Assembly: GCA_963850905.1 (NCBI GenBank)
Contig: CAWKMU010000003.1
Span: 3,264,001-3,328,000 of the forward strand
DNA: 64,000 nucleotides
Direction of reading: 5' to 3'
Source of the DNA: an uncultured Gemmatimonadales bacterium
Lineage (GTDB): Bacteria > Gemmatimonadota > Gemmatimonadetes > Gemmatimonadales > Gemmatimonadaceae
Part shown: positions 19,537 through 29,292 of the stretch, one piece after another
Numbering within the stretch: the first letter of the stretch is position 1
Layout: each line of letters opens with the position of its first letter
Notes under the pieces: generated by a model
What the model was told of the DNA's origin: nothing
What the model saw: only the letters and a program-made list of their open reading frames with translations
Databases searched by the model: none
Position numbers and translations under genes: made by a program

Positions 19537-21130
19537 ATGGTGCATCCCGACGTGGAGCACGCCATGGCAAAGGCGAGGAACGGCGAGGCGAAGAAGCCCA
19601 ACATCCTCGTCATCTGGGGTGACGACATCGGCATCTCGAACCTGAGCTGCTACAGCGACGGGTTGATGGGGTATCGGACGCCGAACATCGATCGCCTTGC
19701 CAAAGAAGGGATGCGGTTCACCGACTCCTACGGGGAACAGAGCTGCACCGCGGGACGGTCTTCATTCATTACCGGCCAGTGTGGCTTTCGCACGGGACTC
19801 TCCAAGGTTGGTGTGCCGGCCGCAACCGTGGGCCTCCAGGCGGAGGACGCGACGATCGCCGAGCTCCTCAAGAACCAGGGCTACGCGACCGGTCAGTTCG
19901 GCAAGAATCACCTGGGCGACCGCAACGAATATCTCCCGACGGTCCACGGCTTCGACGAGTTCTACGGCAACCTCTACCACCTGAACGCCGAAGAGGAGCC
20001 CGAGTTACCCGACTGGCCGTCTGCCAAGGATTTCCCGCACTTCAAGGAGCGGTTCGGTCCGCGCGGCGTCCTGCATTGCTACGCGACGGACAGGGATGAT
20101 CCGACCGAGCAGCCTCGCTGGGGCCGCGTCGGGAAGCAGAAAATCGAGGACACCGGGCCACTCACGAAGAAGCGGATGGAGACGTGCGACGATGACTTCG
20201 TCGCGTCGGCCAGGGCCTTCATCAAGAAGCAGCATGCGGCGGGCAAGCCATGGTTCGTCTGGCTCAACACCACGCACATGCACTTTCGAACGCACCCCAA
20301 GCCAACCAGCGTCGGACAGGCTGGCCGGTGGCAGTCACCGTACCACGACACGATGATCGATCACGACAAGCACGTCGGTTCGATGCTGGAATTGCTCGAT
20401 GAGCTCGGGATCGCCGACAACACGATCGTCATGTACAGCACCGACAATGGGCCACACTTGAACTCGTGGCCAGACGCCGCCATGACGCCGTTCCGCAACG
20501 AGAAGAACTCGAACTGGGAAGGTGGGTATCGGGTGCCGCTGTTGCTGCGATGGCCGGGACACATTCCGGCCGGCGTGGTGTCGAACGAGGTGGTGCAGCA
20601 CAACGATTGGTTGCCGACGTTCCTCGCGGCCGCGGGCGAGCCTGAGATCAAGGAGAAGCTCAAGAAGGGTTACGCCGCGGCAGGGAAGACGTTCAAAGTC
20701 CATCTCGACGGTTACAACTCCTCCCGTACCTGACGGGCCACGCCCCGAAGAGTGAGCGGCCGGGATTCATCTACTTCAACGACGATGGGGATCTTGTCGG
20801 CGTGCGGTTCGACAACTGGAAAGTCGTGTTCATGGAGCAGCGGGTGCCCGGCACGTTACGGGTTTGGGCGGAGCCGTTCGTCGCGCTTCGAGTGCCAAAG
20901 CTGTTCAACTTCCGCACCGACCCATTCGAGCGGGCCGACATTACCTCCAATACGTATTACGACTGGTTCATGAATCGCGACTACATGGTAATAGCTCGCC
21001 TCGTCAATCGGTCATCGCGGATTTCATCGCCACGTTCAAGGAGTTCCCGCCGCGTCAGAAGGCCGCGAGTTTCACAATCGACGAGGCCATGGAGAAAATG
21101 GCGGCCGTCGGCAGCGGGTCGCAGCACTGA
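19537..21130 (+). CDS. Arylsulfatase (Cys-type), with frameshifts near 20718 and 20990-21010
   Basis: PNILVIWGDD, SCTAGR (CxxxR), GKNHLG, DNG, WEGGYRVP; conserved tail KEFPPRQKAASF in a third frame. Confidence 0.92.
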
Positions 21131-22473
21131 TGACCCGAGCCGAACGTCGCAATCAAGGCAAGGCCCTGCGCACGCAGGTCCCGCGGAGCATCCACGGCAC
21201 CTGGCAACCGGCGCCGCATCGGCCGGATCCCATCGCGGTGTTGAGGGCGAGCGATCGGGGCCGGCTGACGCCGCTCCTGCCCATTCGCTACGGCCGGATG
21301 CTGGCGTCGCCTTTCGCGTTCCTGAGAGGCGCTGCAGCGGTGATGGCGTCCGACCTGGCTGGTACGCCTCGGATGGGGCTCCACGTGCAAGCGTGCGGCG
21401 ATGCCCACATCGGCAACTTTGGCGGCTTCGCCACGCCAGAGCGACGCACGGTATTCGACATCAACGATTTTGACGAGACGCTGCCCGCGCCGTGGGAGTG
21501 GGACGTCAAGCGACTCGCCGCCAGCGCCGTTGTGGCGTCGCGCACCAACGGACTGCCACGAGCGGCGCAGCGTGCGGCGGCCTTCGCCGCCGTGCGAAGA
21601 TATCGGACGCATATGGCTGCACTCGCCGGGTTGTCCCACCTCCAGGCGTTCTATTCCAGCATCGAGGTCAGAGGGCTCGTGCAGGGACTGGGCCCCGGGA
21701 TCGAGCGTCGTGGCGAGAAGCGGTTGAAGAAGGCAGAGGTCGGGGATGATCTCGAGGTAGGCAAGTTGATCACGATCGATCAGGATCGGCCGGTCATTCG
21801 TGACGCGCCGCCCCTAGTCTACCATCCGAGCGCGTTGGCCGAACACCGACTGGGGAAGCTCCTCCATTCGGCAATCCGCCAGTACGTCGAGACGTTGCCG
21901 CACGAACGCGCCGAGCTCGTGTCCCAGTATCAAGTCAACGACCTGGCGATGAAAGTCGTCGGCGTGGGAAGTGTCGGCACTCGGTGCGCGGTCATGCTCT
22001 TGTCTGCTGCCCCTGATGACCTTCTGATCCTACAGGTCAAGGAGGCACGATCCTCCGTCCTGGAGCCGTTCGCTGGCGCGAGCCGCTTCGCCAATCACGG
22101 GGAACGGGTCGTCGTCGGCCAGCATTCGATGCAGTCGGCCAGCGACATCTTCCTGGGCTGGACGAGCGGTCCGTTTGGGCGCGATTACTACGTCCGCCAG
22201 CTCCGCGACGGCAAGATCAAAGCGACCATCGACCGCTTTGGGGCCAAGCGCATGATCGACTATGCCGGTGCGTGCGGGACCGCCCTGGCCGGCGGTCACG
22301 GTCGCACGGGCGATGCCCCGCAGATCGCCGGGTACATGGGCGGGAGCGACCTGTTCGACATCAGCATCGTTCGGTTTGCCGAGCGCTACGCCGACCAGAC
22401 TGAAAAGGACTACGCGCTGCTTCGCGCCGCCGTCAAGCGCGGACGACTGCCAGCTGATACGGCGAGACGCTAG
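21130..22473 (+). CDS. DUF2252 family protein (kinase-like fold)
   Basis: RYGRMLASPFAFLRG, CGDAHIGNFG, FDINDFDE, KVVGVGSVG, LQVKEA, YYVRQLRD. Confidence 0.92.
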   Translation: MTRAERRNQGKALRTQVPRSIHGTWQPAPHRPDPIAVLRASDRGRLTPLLPIRYGRMLASPFAFLRGAAAVMASDLAGTPRMGLHVQACGDAHIGNFGGFATPERRTVFDINDFDETLPAPWEWDVKRLAASAVVASRTNGLPRAAQRAAAFAAVRRYRTHMAALAGLSHLQAFYSSIEVRGLVQGLGPGIERRGEKRLKKAEVGDDLEVGKLITIDQDRPVIRDAPPLVYHPSALAEHRLGKLLHSAIRQYVETLPHERAELVSQYQVNDLAMKVVGVGSVGTRCAVMLLSAAPDDLLILQVKEARSSVLEPFAGASRFANHGERVVVGQHSMQSASDIFLGWTSGPFGRDYYVRQLRDGKIKATIDRFGAKRMIDYAGACGTALAGGHGRTGDAPQIAGYMGGSDLFDISIVRFAERYADQTEKDYALLRAAVKRGRLPADTARR

Positions 22474-22594
22474 ATGCTAGACGCTGGACGCTGGACGTTG
22501 GAAGACACAACTCGAGGGCCAGCTATGCGCATCGTAACTGGCCTTCGAGTTTGTTTTCTAACGTCCAACGTCTAGCGTCTAGCATCTCGCATCT
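22465..22594. repeat. Heptamer-armed palindromic element, copy B (about 57-bp arms)
   Basis: Five (A/G)GA(C/T)G(C/T)T heptamers + AACTCGAGGGCCAG, mirrored by CTGGCCTTCGAGTT + five inverted heptamers. Confidence 0.8.
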
Positions 22595-22644
22595 ATGGAC
22601 CAAGGTCCAATAGGCGCCCGTGGTTGCTGCGGCAAGGGTTGGAT

Positions 22645-23574
22645 ATGCCGCTGACTGCCGATATGGTCTGGGTTCCGGCCACCACATTCCGGATGGGATC
22701 GAACTGGCACTACCCGGAAGAGGGGCCGGTGCATCACATGTCCGTCGAGGGATTTTGGATCGATCGGACACCCGTAACCAACGCGGAATTCGCTCGGTTC
22801 GTGGCGGAAACCGGCCACGTCACCACCGCCGAGGTGCCCCCCAAGGCAGAGGACTATCCCGGTGCGTTGCCGGAGATGCTGTATGCGGGGTCGTTGATTT
22901 TCGTGAAGCCCTCTGGTCCGGCCAAGCACGGCTCCTGGTGGCACTACGTGGCTGGCGCGACGTGGCGATCACCGCAGGGCGCGGAGACCACGATCGAGGA
23001 TCGGGCCGACCATCCCGTCGTACACGTGAGTTTTGCCGACGCCGTTGCGTACGCGCAGTGGGCGGGCAAGGATCTGCCGAACGAGGCCGAATGGGAGTAC
23101 GCGGCCCGCGGTGGCCTCGACGGAGCGGTGTACGCCTGGGGCGACGAGTTTCGGCCGGGCGGACGCACGCTGGCCAATACGTGGCAGGGTGAGTTCCCGT
23201 GGCAGAACCGGTGTGAGGACGGCTTTGAGGGGACGTCGCCGGTCGAGGCGTTTCCGCCGAACGGGTTCGGGTTGTACGACATGATCGGCAACGTCTGGGA
23301 GTGGACGACCGATTGGTACAAGGCGGGTCACCCGGCCGACGGGGAAGGCCTGTGCTGCGCGCCGCTCAACTCGCGCGGCGTCAAGGAGACCGAGAGCTAC
23401 GATCCGTCGATGCCGAGCATTCGGATCCCGCGCAAGGTGCTCAAGGGCGGCTCGCACCTGTGCGCTCCAAACTATTGTCGTCGGTATCGCCCCGCCGCGC
23501 GGTTCCCGGAACCGATCGACACCTCGACGTGCCACGTCGGTTTTCGCTGCGTGGTCCGAGCGCCCGGTCCGTAA
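22645..23574 (+). CDS. Formylglycine-generating enzyme (SUMF1/FGE)
   Basis: FRMGS, LPNEAEWEYAARGG, DMIGNVWEW, KGGSHLCAPNYCRRYRPAAR (catalytic Cys pair), GFRC. Confidence 0.95.
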   Translation: MPLTADMVWVPATTFRMGSNWHYPEEGPVHHMSVEGFWIDRTPVTNAEFARFVAETGHVTTAEVPPKAEDYPGALPEMLYAGSLIFVKPSGPAKHGSWWHYVAGATWRSPQGAETTIEDRADHPVVHVSFADAVAYAQWAGKDLPNEAEWEYAARGGLDGAVYAWGDEFRPGGRTLANTWQGEFPWQNRCEDGFEGTSPVEAFPPNGFGLYDMIGNVWEWTTDWYKAGHPADGEGLCCAPLNSRGVKETESYDPSMPSIRIPRKVLKGGSHLCAPNYCRRYRPAARFPEPIDTSTCHVGFRCVVRAPGP

Positions 23575-23634
23575 GCTCGCCCAACCCTCGGAACCGCCTC
23601 AGGCGCTCACCGCCCGAGGGAGATTGTGGATGCG

Positions 23635-23663
23635 CGGGTAGGGGCGACGCATGCGTCGCCCTC
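23635..23663. repeat. GTAG-type REP-like palindrome, copy 2
   Basis: Identical 29-mer to 4583-4611; between convergent genes. Confidence 0.8.
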
Positions 23664-23691
23664 CTGGCCGCGGCCCATTGTCATGGGTCGA

Positions 23692-25125
23692 TCACGCGAC
23701 CTTCTCTATATCCGGCAGCTTCCAGCGCTTGGCGAAGAACGACTTCTCCGGTCCGTACAGGCGGAACAGGATCTCGAACTTGCCGGTCGCGACCGTCGGC
23801 ACCCAGTTCTTCTCTTTGCCCGCCGGCGCCCTCGGCCCGAAGTACACATTGATCGAACCGTTCGCATTCTGCTCGATGCCCGGTGTCTGAGACGATCGGC
23901 TCGACCAGGGCTGGTTGCGGATCAGCGCATGCGTGGCGCGGTCGTAGGCCGTCGCCGACCAGTATTCGGTGACCGGCGGATTCGCCGGGACCGTCAGCCG
24001 ATATGTACTGCCACCGTCGAAGAAACGACCCTCCTTGTCCTTGATGGTCATGAGATAGAACTGTCCCGCGCCCAGGTGCTTGGCGCTGAAGAACGCGAAG
24101 CTGAATGTCAGGCCGCGGTCATCAACGGGGTAGCTATCCGGCTTGGCGAAGAACGTTTCCTGTCCTTCGATGACCTCCTGCGACGCAGGGACAGCCCAGT
24201 AGGAGCCTTCGTAGAACGGCGGAGAGAAGGCGCTCTCGTATCGCGCGTTGAGCCACGCATGCGCCTCGGCGGCCGCATCCTTGAGCAACTCCTGCGTGAT
24301 GGCGTCGGGGCTGAACGTCTTACCTTTTTCGATCCCAATGGATTTGAGCTGATCGATCATCGCTTTGTCCCGGGTCAACCACGGCTCATACTGTACGATG
24401 CGGTTGAGCGACTGGAAGAAGCGAAGATCATACGGAATCGTGGAATCGAACACCGCGTCGGCCGTATCGATGAACATGGTCGGCGGCGGACTCGCGGCGC
24501 GTGACAACGGATACAGTTTGACGCGCTTGCCATAGCCGACGCCTTTCGCAACGTCAGCGTCAGTCCCGCCCTTCAAGATGGAGCGTATCAGCGCAAAGCC
24601 CTGATAGGTGTCCGAGGGAAGCGCGATGAACCCCTTTGCGACCGGGCCGTTGTAGTTGGGAGGCAGGATGAGATACCGCCCACCCTTGCCCTTGTCGACA
24701 CCGGCCGGTCCGACGTCCTCCAATGCCGCCTGCCAGCAATCCATGATGCTGCCGTTGATACTGCCCTCATCAGCGGGCGGAATCTCGAGCACCATCGGCC
24801 CCGAATCTCTCGTGTTGATGAAAGGCATGAGATAGATCGAATCGGGGTTGGGCGTCAACGTCTGGTTCTTCCAGTCTGGAAGACGCGACCAATACACGAT
24901 CTGATTGAACATGCCTCTCGCACGCACCATCGCTTGATACATCAGATCGTAATTCACGGCCGGCATGCCCCAGATGACGGCTTCGACCGCACATCGCTCG
25001 ATCGTCCGCCTCGTGAGATCCTCCCAGGTCAAATCGGATGGGTCTGTCGAGCCAGCCGGACGAGGCGATATCGGCGTGATGACGGTGTGCGTCATAGCGT
25101 TCGCTCCCGGTTCGTGGGATTCCAT
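23692..25125 (-). CDS. DUF1254/DUF1214 domain protein
   Basis: TLTPNPDSIY, DVGPAGVDKGKGG, YWSATAYD, NWVPT, FRLYGP. Confidence 0.92.
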   Translation of the reverse strand: MESHEPGANAMTHTVITPISPRPAGSTDPSDLTWEDLTRRTIERCAVEAVIWGMPAVNYDLMYQAMVRARGMFNQIVYWSRLPDWKNQTLTPNPDSIYLMPFINTRDSGPMVLEIPPADEGSINGSIMDCWQAALEDVGPAGVDKGKGGRYLILPPNYNGPVAKGFIALPSDTYQGFALIRSILKGGTDADVAKGVGYGKRVKLYPLSRAASPPPTMFIDTADAVFDSTIPYDLRFFQSLNRIVQYEPWLTRDKAMIDQLKSIGIEKGKTFSPDAITQELLKDAAAEAHAWLNARYESAFSPPFYEGSYWAVPASQEVIEGQETFFAKPDSYPVDDRGLTFSFAFFSAKHLGAGQFYLMTIKDKEGRFFDGGSTYRLTVPANPPVTEYWSATAYDRATHALIRNQPWSSRSSQTPGIEQNANGSINVYFGPRAPAGKEKNWVPTVATGKFEILFRLYGPEKSFFAKRWKLPDIEKVA

Positions 25126-25599
25126 TCAGGGTTTGGGCGCCATGGAACGCGAGGCGCGTGAAGCAGTCGGGTGCCGGACTTCCCGAATGCTGCGCTCGAT
25201 CCGTCGGTCAACCAGTGGACCTTAGTGTGGCTGGCGGCGCGCGATCGTGCGGCGGGTGGCTCGAGGTCGAAGAGCCGTTTCCCAGTGGCCGGATCGGATG
25301 GCACCCACACGTGGTCGTGAATGCTCACGCGTCTGCCGCCGACCATCCGCAACACGGAGGTCACGCACGCCCGGCAACCGATGGCGGGCCGTTGGCGAGC
25401 GTCCCCGGATGCCCCGTGTGCCGGCAAGTCAGATCAAGGTCGCATATCGTACCGATCTCGGGTGGCCTACGATAACGATTGCAGAGAGCTGGAGGAGCTA
25501 CATCCGTCTGGCCGACGCATCACGCGTCTCCGACGGCGCAGGTAGTCTGACCATCAAGGTCGCGGTGCCATCCACCTGTCAGCGCTTCCGGAGTCTACC

Positions 25600-26079
25600 A
25601 TGTCCGCAGCCCAGCGTCGCCTCGGTCGTCGCGCCCGTGTCGTGTTGTCTGCCAGTGCCTACCTCGGTGCCGTGGCCGGCCTCGGCGTAGGACTCGTGGG
25701 TTGCGCGGGCCATCATCACGTCAGCGAAGCACCGCCGCATCCGATCTCGGTCGAGGTACAGAACAACATCACAGTGCCGACCGAGCTCACCGTATTCGTC
25801 CAGCAGGATCAGGGCGGAGCACGCCAGATGCTCGGTACGGTGCCGGGCGCCCAGACAAGAACGTTCACGTTCACCCCGGTGTCCTGGGGTCAGCAATACC
25901 GACTGACCGGTCGGCCCCCGATCGGCAGTACGATCACGTCGCCCAGATTCACGGTCAATGATCCGCAGACCGGCACGATCGCCTGGGCCCTCGTGCCGAA
26001 CCAGGTGCAGTTCTACAATACGGCCGTAGACACGACGGTCGTCACCAAGCCGAGCAGCGACACCGCGACGAAGCACTAG
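25600..26079 (+). CDS. Hypothetical lipoprotein
   Basis: Arg-rich N-terminus, hydrophobic stretch and LVGC lipobox; beta-rich body. Confidence 0.75.
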   Translation: MSAAQRRLGRRARVVLSASAYLGAVAGLGVGLVGCAGHHHVSEAPPHPISVEVQNNITVPTELTVFVQQDQGGARQMLGTVPGAQTRTFTFTPVSWGQQYRLTGRPPIGSTITSPRFTVNDPQTGTIAWALVPNQVQFYNTAVDTTVVTKPSSDTATKH

Positions 26080-26159
26080 GAGCGGGCCAGCGGCAGTGCA
26101 GGCGAATTGAGCGGCACCGGTCACGCCGCGCCTTCCAGTTGCCCCGAGGAGTCCGCCCC

Positions 26160-27557
26160 ATGTCTCAGTCGACCGACAAGGCCAGGAAGTACTCCCGCGA
26201 TCACGCGGAGCGGTTCCAGCACGAGCTGCTGGAATTTCTTCGCATCCCCAGCCTGAGCGGAGACCCGGCGCACGCCGACGACGTCAAGCGCGCCGCCGAC
26301 TGGCTCGCGGACCAGCTGCATGGTTTCGGCGTCAAGAACGCCAAGGTGATGGCCACCGGCGGTCATCCAGTCGTCTATGGCGAATGGACGGAGGCCGGCC
26401 CGGAGAAACCAACCGTCTTGATCTATGGACACTACGACGTTGTGCCCGCGGCGATGGAGGACGGCTGGGATTCACCCCCTTTCGAGCCAGTCAAGAAAGA
26501 CGGGAAGATCTACGCGCGCGGCGCGACCGATGACAAAGGCCAGTTGTTCATCCACTTCAAGGCCCTCGAGTCGTACCTGGAATCCGACGGCGGGCCACCG
26601 GTGAACGTCAAGCTGCTGATCGAAGGCGAGGAAGAGGTATCCTCCCCCAACCTCGCGCCCTTCATCAAGAGCCACCAGGACTTGCTCAAGGCGGACGTCT
26701 GCGTGATCAGCGACTCGTCCATGCGTGCGATCGAGGAGCCGGCTGTGACGCACAGCCTCCGCGGCATGACGTACGCGCAGATCGAGGTCCAGGGACCCAA
26801 GGAAGATCTCCATAGCGGGTTCTGGGGTGGCGCGACGCACAACCCCGCGCTCGCATTGGTCGAGATCCTTTCGAAGCTGTACAACCCGGACAATACGATC
26901 GCCGTCCCAGGCTTCTACGACGACGTGGTCGCGTTGAGCAAGGAAGAGCGTGACATGATCGCGAAAACGGCGATCACCGAAGCGCAGTTCAAGGAGGCCA
27001 CGGGCGTACCCGCGACGTGGGGTGACAAGAAGTACACGCTGCGCGAACGCGTCTCCGCTCGGCCGACATTGGACATCAATGGCTTGTGGAGCGGCTATTC
27101 CGGACCCGGCCCCAAGACGATCATCCCCGCTAAGGCGGGCGCCAAGCTCAGCGCGCGGCTAGTCGCCAACCAGGACCCCGACAAGATCTTCAGGCTGATC
27201 AAGAAGCACATCGAATCCATCACCCCGCCGACCGTCAAGCTCACCGTCGATCTGTTGACCACGGGGAAGCCCGCTCTGATCCCGTTCGACCTGCCCGAGA
27301 TGCAGGCCGCGTCGCGCGCCTACGAGAAGGCATGGGGCTACAAACCAGTCTTCACTCGCGGCGGAGGCAGCATCCCGATCGTCGCCGACATCCGCAGCAT
27401 GATGAAGATCCCGGTGGTCATGATGGGATACGGGCTGGACAGCGACGGCCTGCACGCACCCAACGAGCACTACAGCCTCGAGATGTTCCAGCGCGGCATC
27501 GAGACAGCGATCGTCTACCTCGACGAATTAGCCCGCGACCAGCGCGCGGCCGCCTAG
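26160..27557 (+). CDS. M20-family dipeptidase (ArgE/DapE-like)
   Basis: GAGGAG RBS; YGHYDV, ARGATDDKG, EGEEE, DLHSG, GGSIP, HAPNE. Confidence 0.95.
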   Translation: MSQSTDKARKYSRDHAERFQHELLEFLRIPSLSGDPAHADDVKRAADWLADQLHGFGVKNAKVMATGGHPVVYGEWTEAGPEKPTVLIYGHYDVVPAAMEDGWDSPPFEPVKKDGKIYARGATDDKGQLFIHFKALESYLESDGGPPVNVKLLIEGEEEVSSPNLAPFIKSHQDLLKADVCVISDSSMRAIEEPAVTHSLRGMTYAQIEVQGPKEDLHSGFWGGATHNPALALVEILSKLYNPDNTIAVPGFYDDVVALSKEERDMIAKTAITEAQFKEATGVPATWGDKKYTLRERVSARPTLDINGLWSGYSGPGPKTIIPAKAGAKLSARLVANQDPDKIFRLIKKHIESITPPTVKLTVDLLTTGKPALIPFDLPEMQAASRAYEKAWGYKPVFTRGGGSIPIVADIRSMMKIPVVMMGYGLDSDGLHAPNEHYSLEMFQRGIETAIVYLDELARDQRAAA

Positions 27558-27571
27558 TCGCCATCGCCGGT

Positions 27572-29233
27572 CTAGGTTCGCGCAGGCCTCCTCGCTCGGC
27601 GTTTTCTGCGCACGACCCGCGCGGCGCCCCACGCAGGAACGGCTCGCGCGGCGGCACTTCGCTTCTTGGTTGCAGGCCGCGACGAGGACCGAGCGTCGCT
27701 CGTTCGCGGCGAGCTCATGCCATCCGTGCGCGCAAGCAAGAACTCTGCGAGCAGAGGTACCGGCCGGCCGGTCGCCCCTTTTGCATCGCCGGAGACGGCA
27801 TTCGTCCCCGCAATGTCCAGATGCGCCCACTTGAAGTGGTTGGCGAAGCGCTTGAGGAAGCACGCGGCGGTAATGGCGCCCGCAGCCCGGCCACCGAGGT
27901 TGCTCATGTCCGCGAAATTGCTCTTGAGCAAGTCCTCATACTCGTCGAACATCGGCATCCGCCACGCACGGTCACCCGATTGCACTCCGGACTGCAGGAG
28001 CCGATCGGCCAGCTCATCGTCATTCGCCCACAAGCCACTCGTTTCCTTGCCAAGCGCGATGACACAGGCGCCGGTCAATGTCGCGACGTCGATGACGTAC
28101 TCCGGGTCGAACCGCTCGGCGTAGGTGAGGGCATCGGCCAGGCCCAGGCGACCCTCGGCGTCCGTATTCAGGATCTCGATCGTCTGGCCGGACATCGACG
28201 TGACGACGTCTCCCGGACGGCTCGCGTTACCACCAGGCATGTTCTCCGCCGCGTGGATGATCGCGACGACGTTGATGGGTAAGCCGAGGCGTGCCACGGT
28301 CTTCATCGCGCCAAACACACTCGCCGCGCCGCACATGTCGAACTTCATCTCGTCCATGTCCGCGCCGGGCTTGAGGGAAATGCCTCCCGTGTCGAACGTG
28401 ATGCCTTTGCCGACCAGCACCACCGGCTTCGTGCCCGCACCACCGCCCTTGTACTGGATGACGATGAACTTGCAGGGCGCGGCCGAGGCCTGGCCGACCG
28501 ACAGGGCCGCCCCCATCCCGAGCCGCCGCATGTCCTCACGCTCGAGCACATCGACATCGAGCTTGTGCGCTTTGCCCAGCGAGCGTGCCGTCTCCGCGAG
28601 GAATGCTGGATTGCAGACGTTGCCGGGCAGGTTGCCCAGATCCTTGGCGAGCGCCATCCCCTCGGCAACCGCCTGGCCCCGGCGAATCGCGTCGATCAAG
28701 TCTCCGTTGACCCGGTCGGCAGTGAGCAGCGTGACTTTGCGTGCGCCGCGCTCCTGGCGCTTGCGATCCACCGTGGCACCCGGCGCAGCAAAACGGTAAG
28801 CGCCATCGGCAATCAGTCGGCTGGCGGTCTGCGCACGCCAGGCGGGGGACCGTCCCGGCACTTCGACGTCCGTCAAGGTGACGACTGCCTCGCGCGCCGG
28901 ACCGTTCGCCAGCGCCGTCGCCACGCCCTTGAGCGCATCCCGAAACGCCTTGTCCCCGAAGCCCTCGCGCGTGCCAAGGCTGACGAGCAGCACACGTTCC
29001 GCCTCGGTGCCCGCCACGTCGTACAACATCACGGAAGAACCCGCGTTCACATCGAGATCTCCACGCTTGACGAGGGCGGACAGCTTGCCCTTAGACGCTT
29101 CATCGATTCGCCGTGAAGCCGGGGGCAGCGTCCCGTCCGCAAAGGCGCCGACCACGAGCACGCCGGTGTGGGCCTTTTCCGGAGGCGACGTGTCGATCAC
29201 GAGCTCGAGGGGATGTCGCTTGCTGGTGTCCAT
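27572..29233 (-). CDS. pepA: Leucyl aminopeptidase (M17)
   Basis: GKGITFDTGG, MKFDMCGAA, NTDAEGRL, WAHLDIAG, GATGRPV. Confidence 0.96.
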   Translation of the reverse strand: MDTSKRHPLELVIDTSPPEKAHTGVLVVGAFADGTLPPASRRIDEASKGKLSALVKRGDLDVNAGSSVMLYDVAGTEAERVLLVSLGTREGFGDKAFRDALKGVATALANGPAREAVVTLTDVEVPGRSPAWRAQTASRLIADGAYRFAAPGATVDRKRQERGARKVTLLTADRVNGDLIDAIRRGQAVAEGMALAKDLGNLPGNVCNPAFLAETARSLGKAHKLDVDVLEREDMRRLGMGAALSVGQASAAPCKFIVIQYKGGGAGTKPVVLVGKGITFDTGGISLKPGADMDEMKFDMCGAASVFGAMKTVARLGLPINVVAIIHAAENMPGGNASRPGDVVTSMSGQTIEILNTDAEGRLGLADALTYAERFDPEYVIDVATLTGACVIALGKETSGLWANDDELADRLLQSGVQSGDRAWRMPMFDEYEDLLKSNFADMSNLGGRAAGAITAACFLKRFANHFKWAHLDIAGTNAVSGDAKGATGRPVPLLAEFLLARTDGMSSPRTSDARSSSRPATKKRSAAARAVPAWGAARVVRRKRRARRPART

Positions 29234-29292
29234 AGCCTGCTCCTCACAGAGTCAGCGTGCAATGCAGTTGGCGGAGGTCCGATCGGGTGCCG

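Noticed and set aside
17436..22594. CRISPR interpretation of the palindromic and heptamer repeats
   Set aside because: No regularly spaced repeat-spacer units and no cas genes.
25126..25599. Short ORFs in the DUF1254-lipoprotein gap
   Set aside because: Several conflicting frames with no family features; treated as a divergent promoter region.
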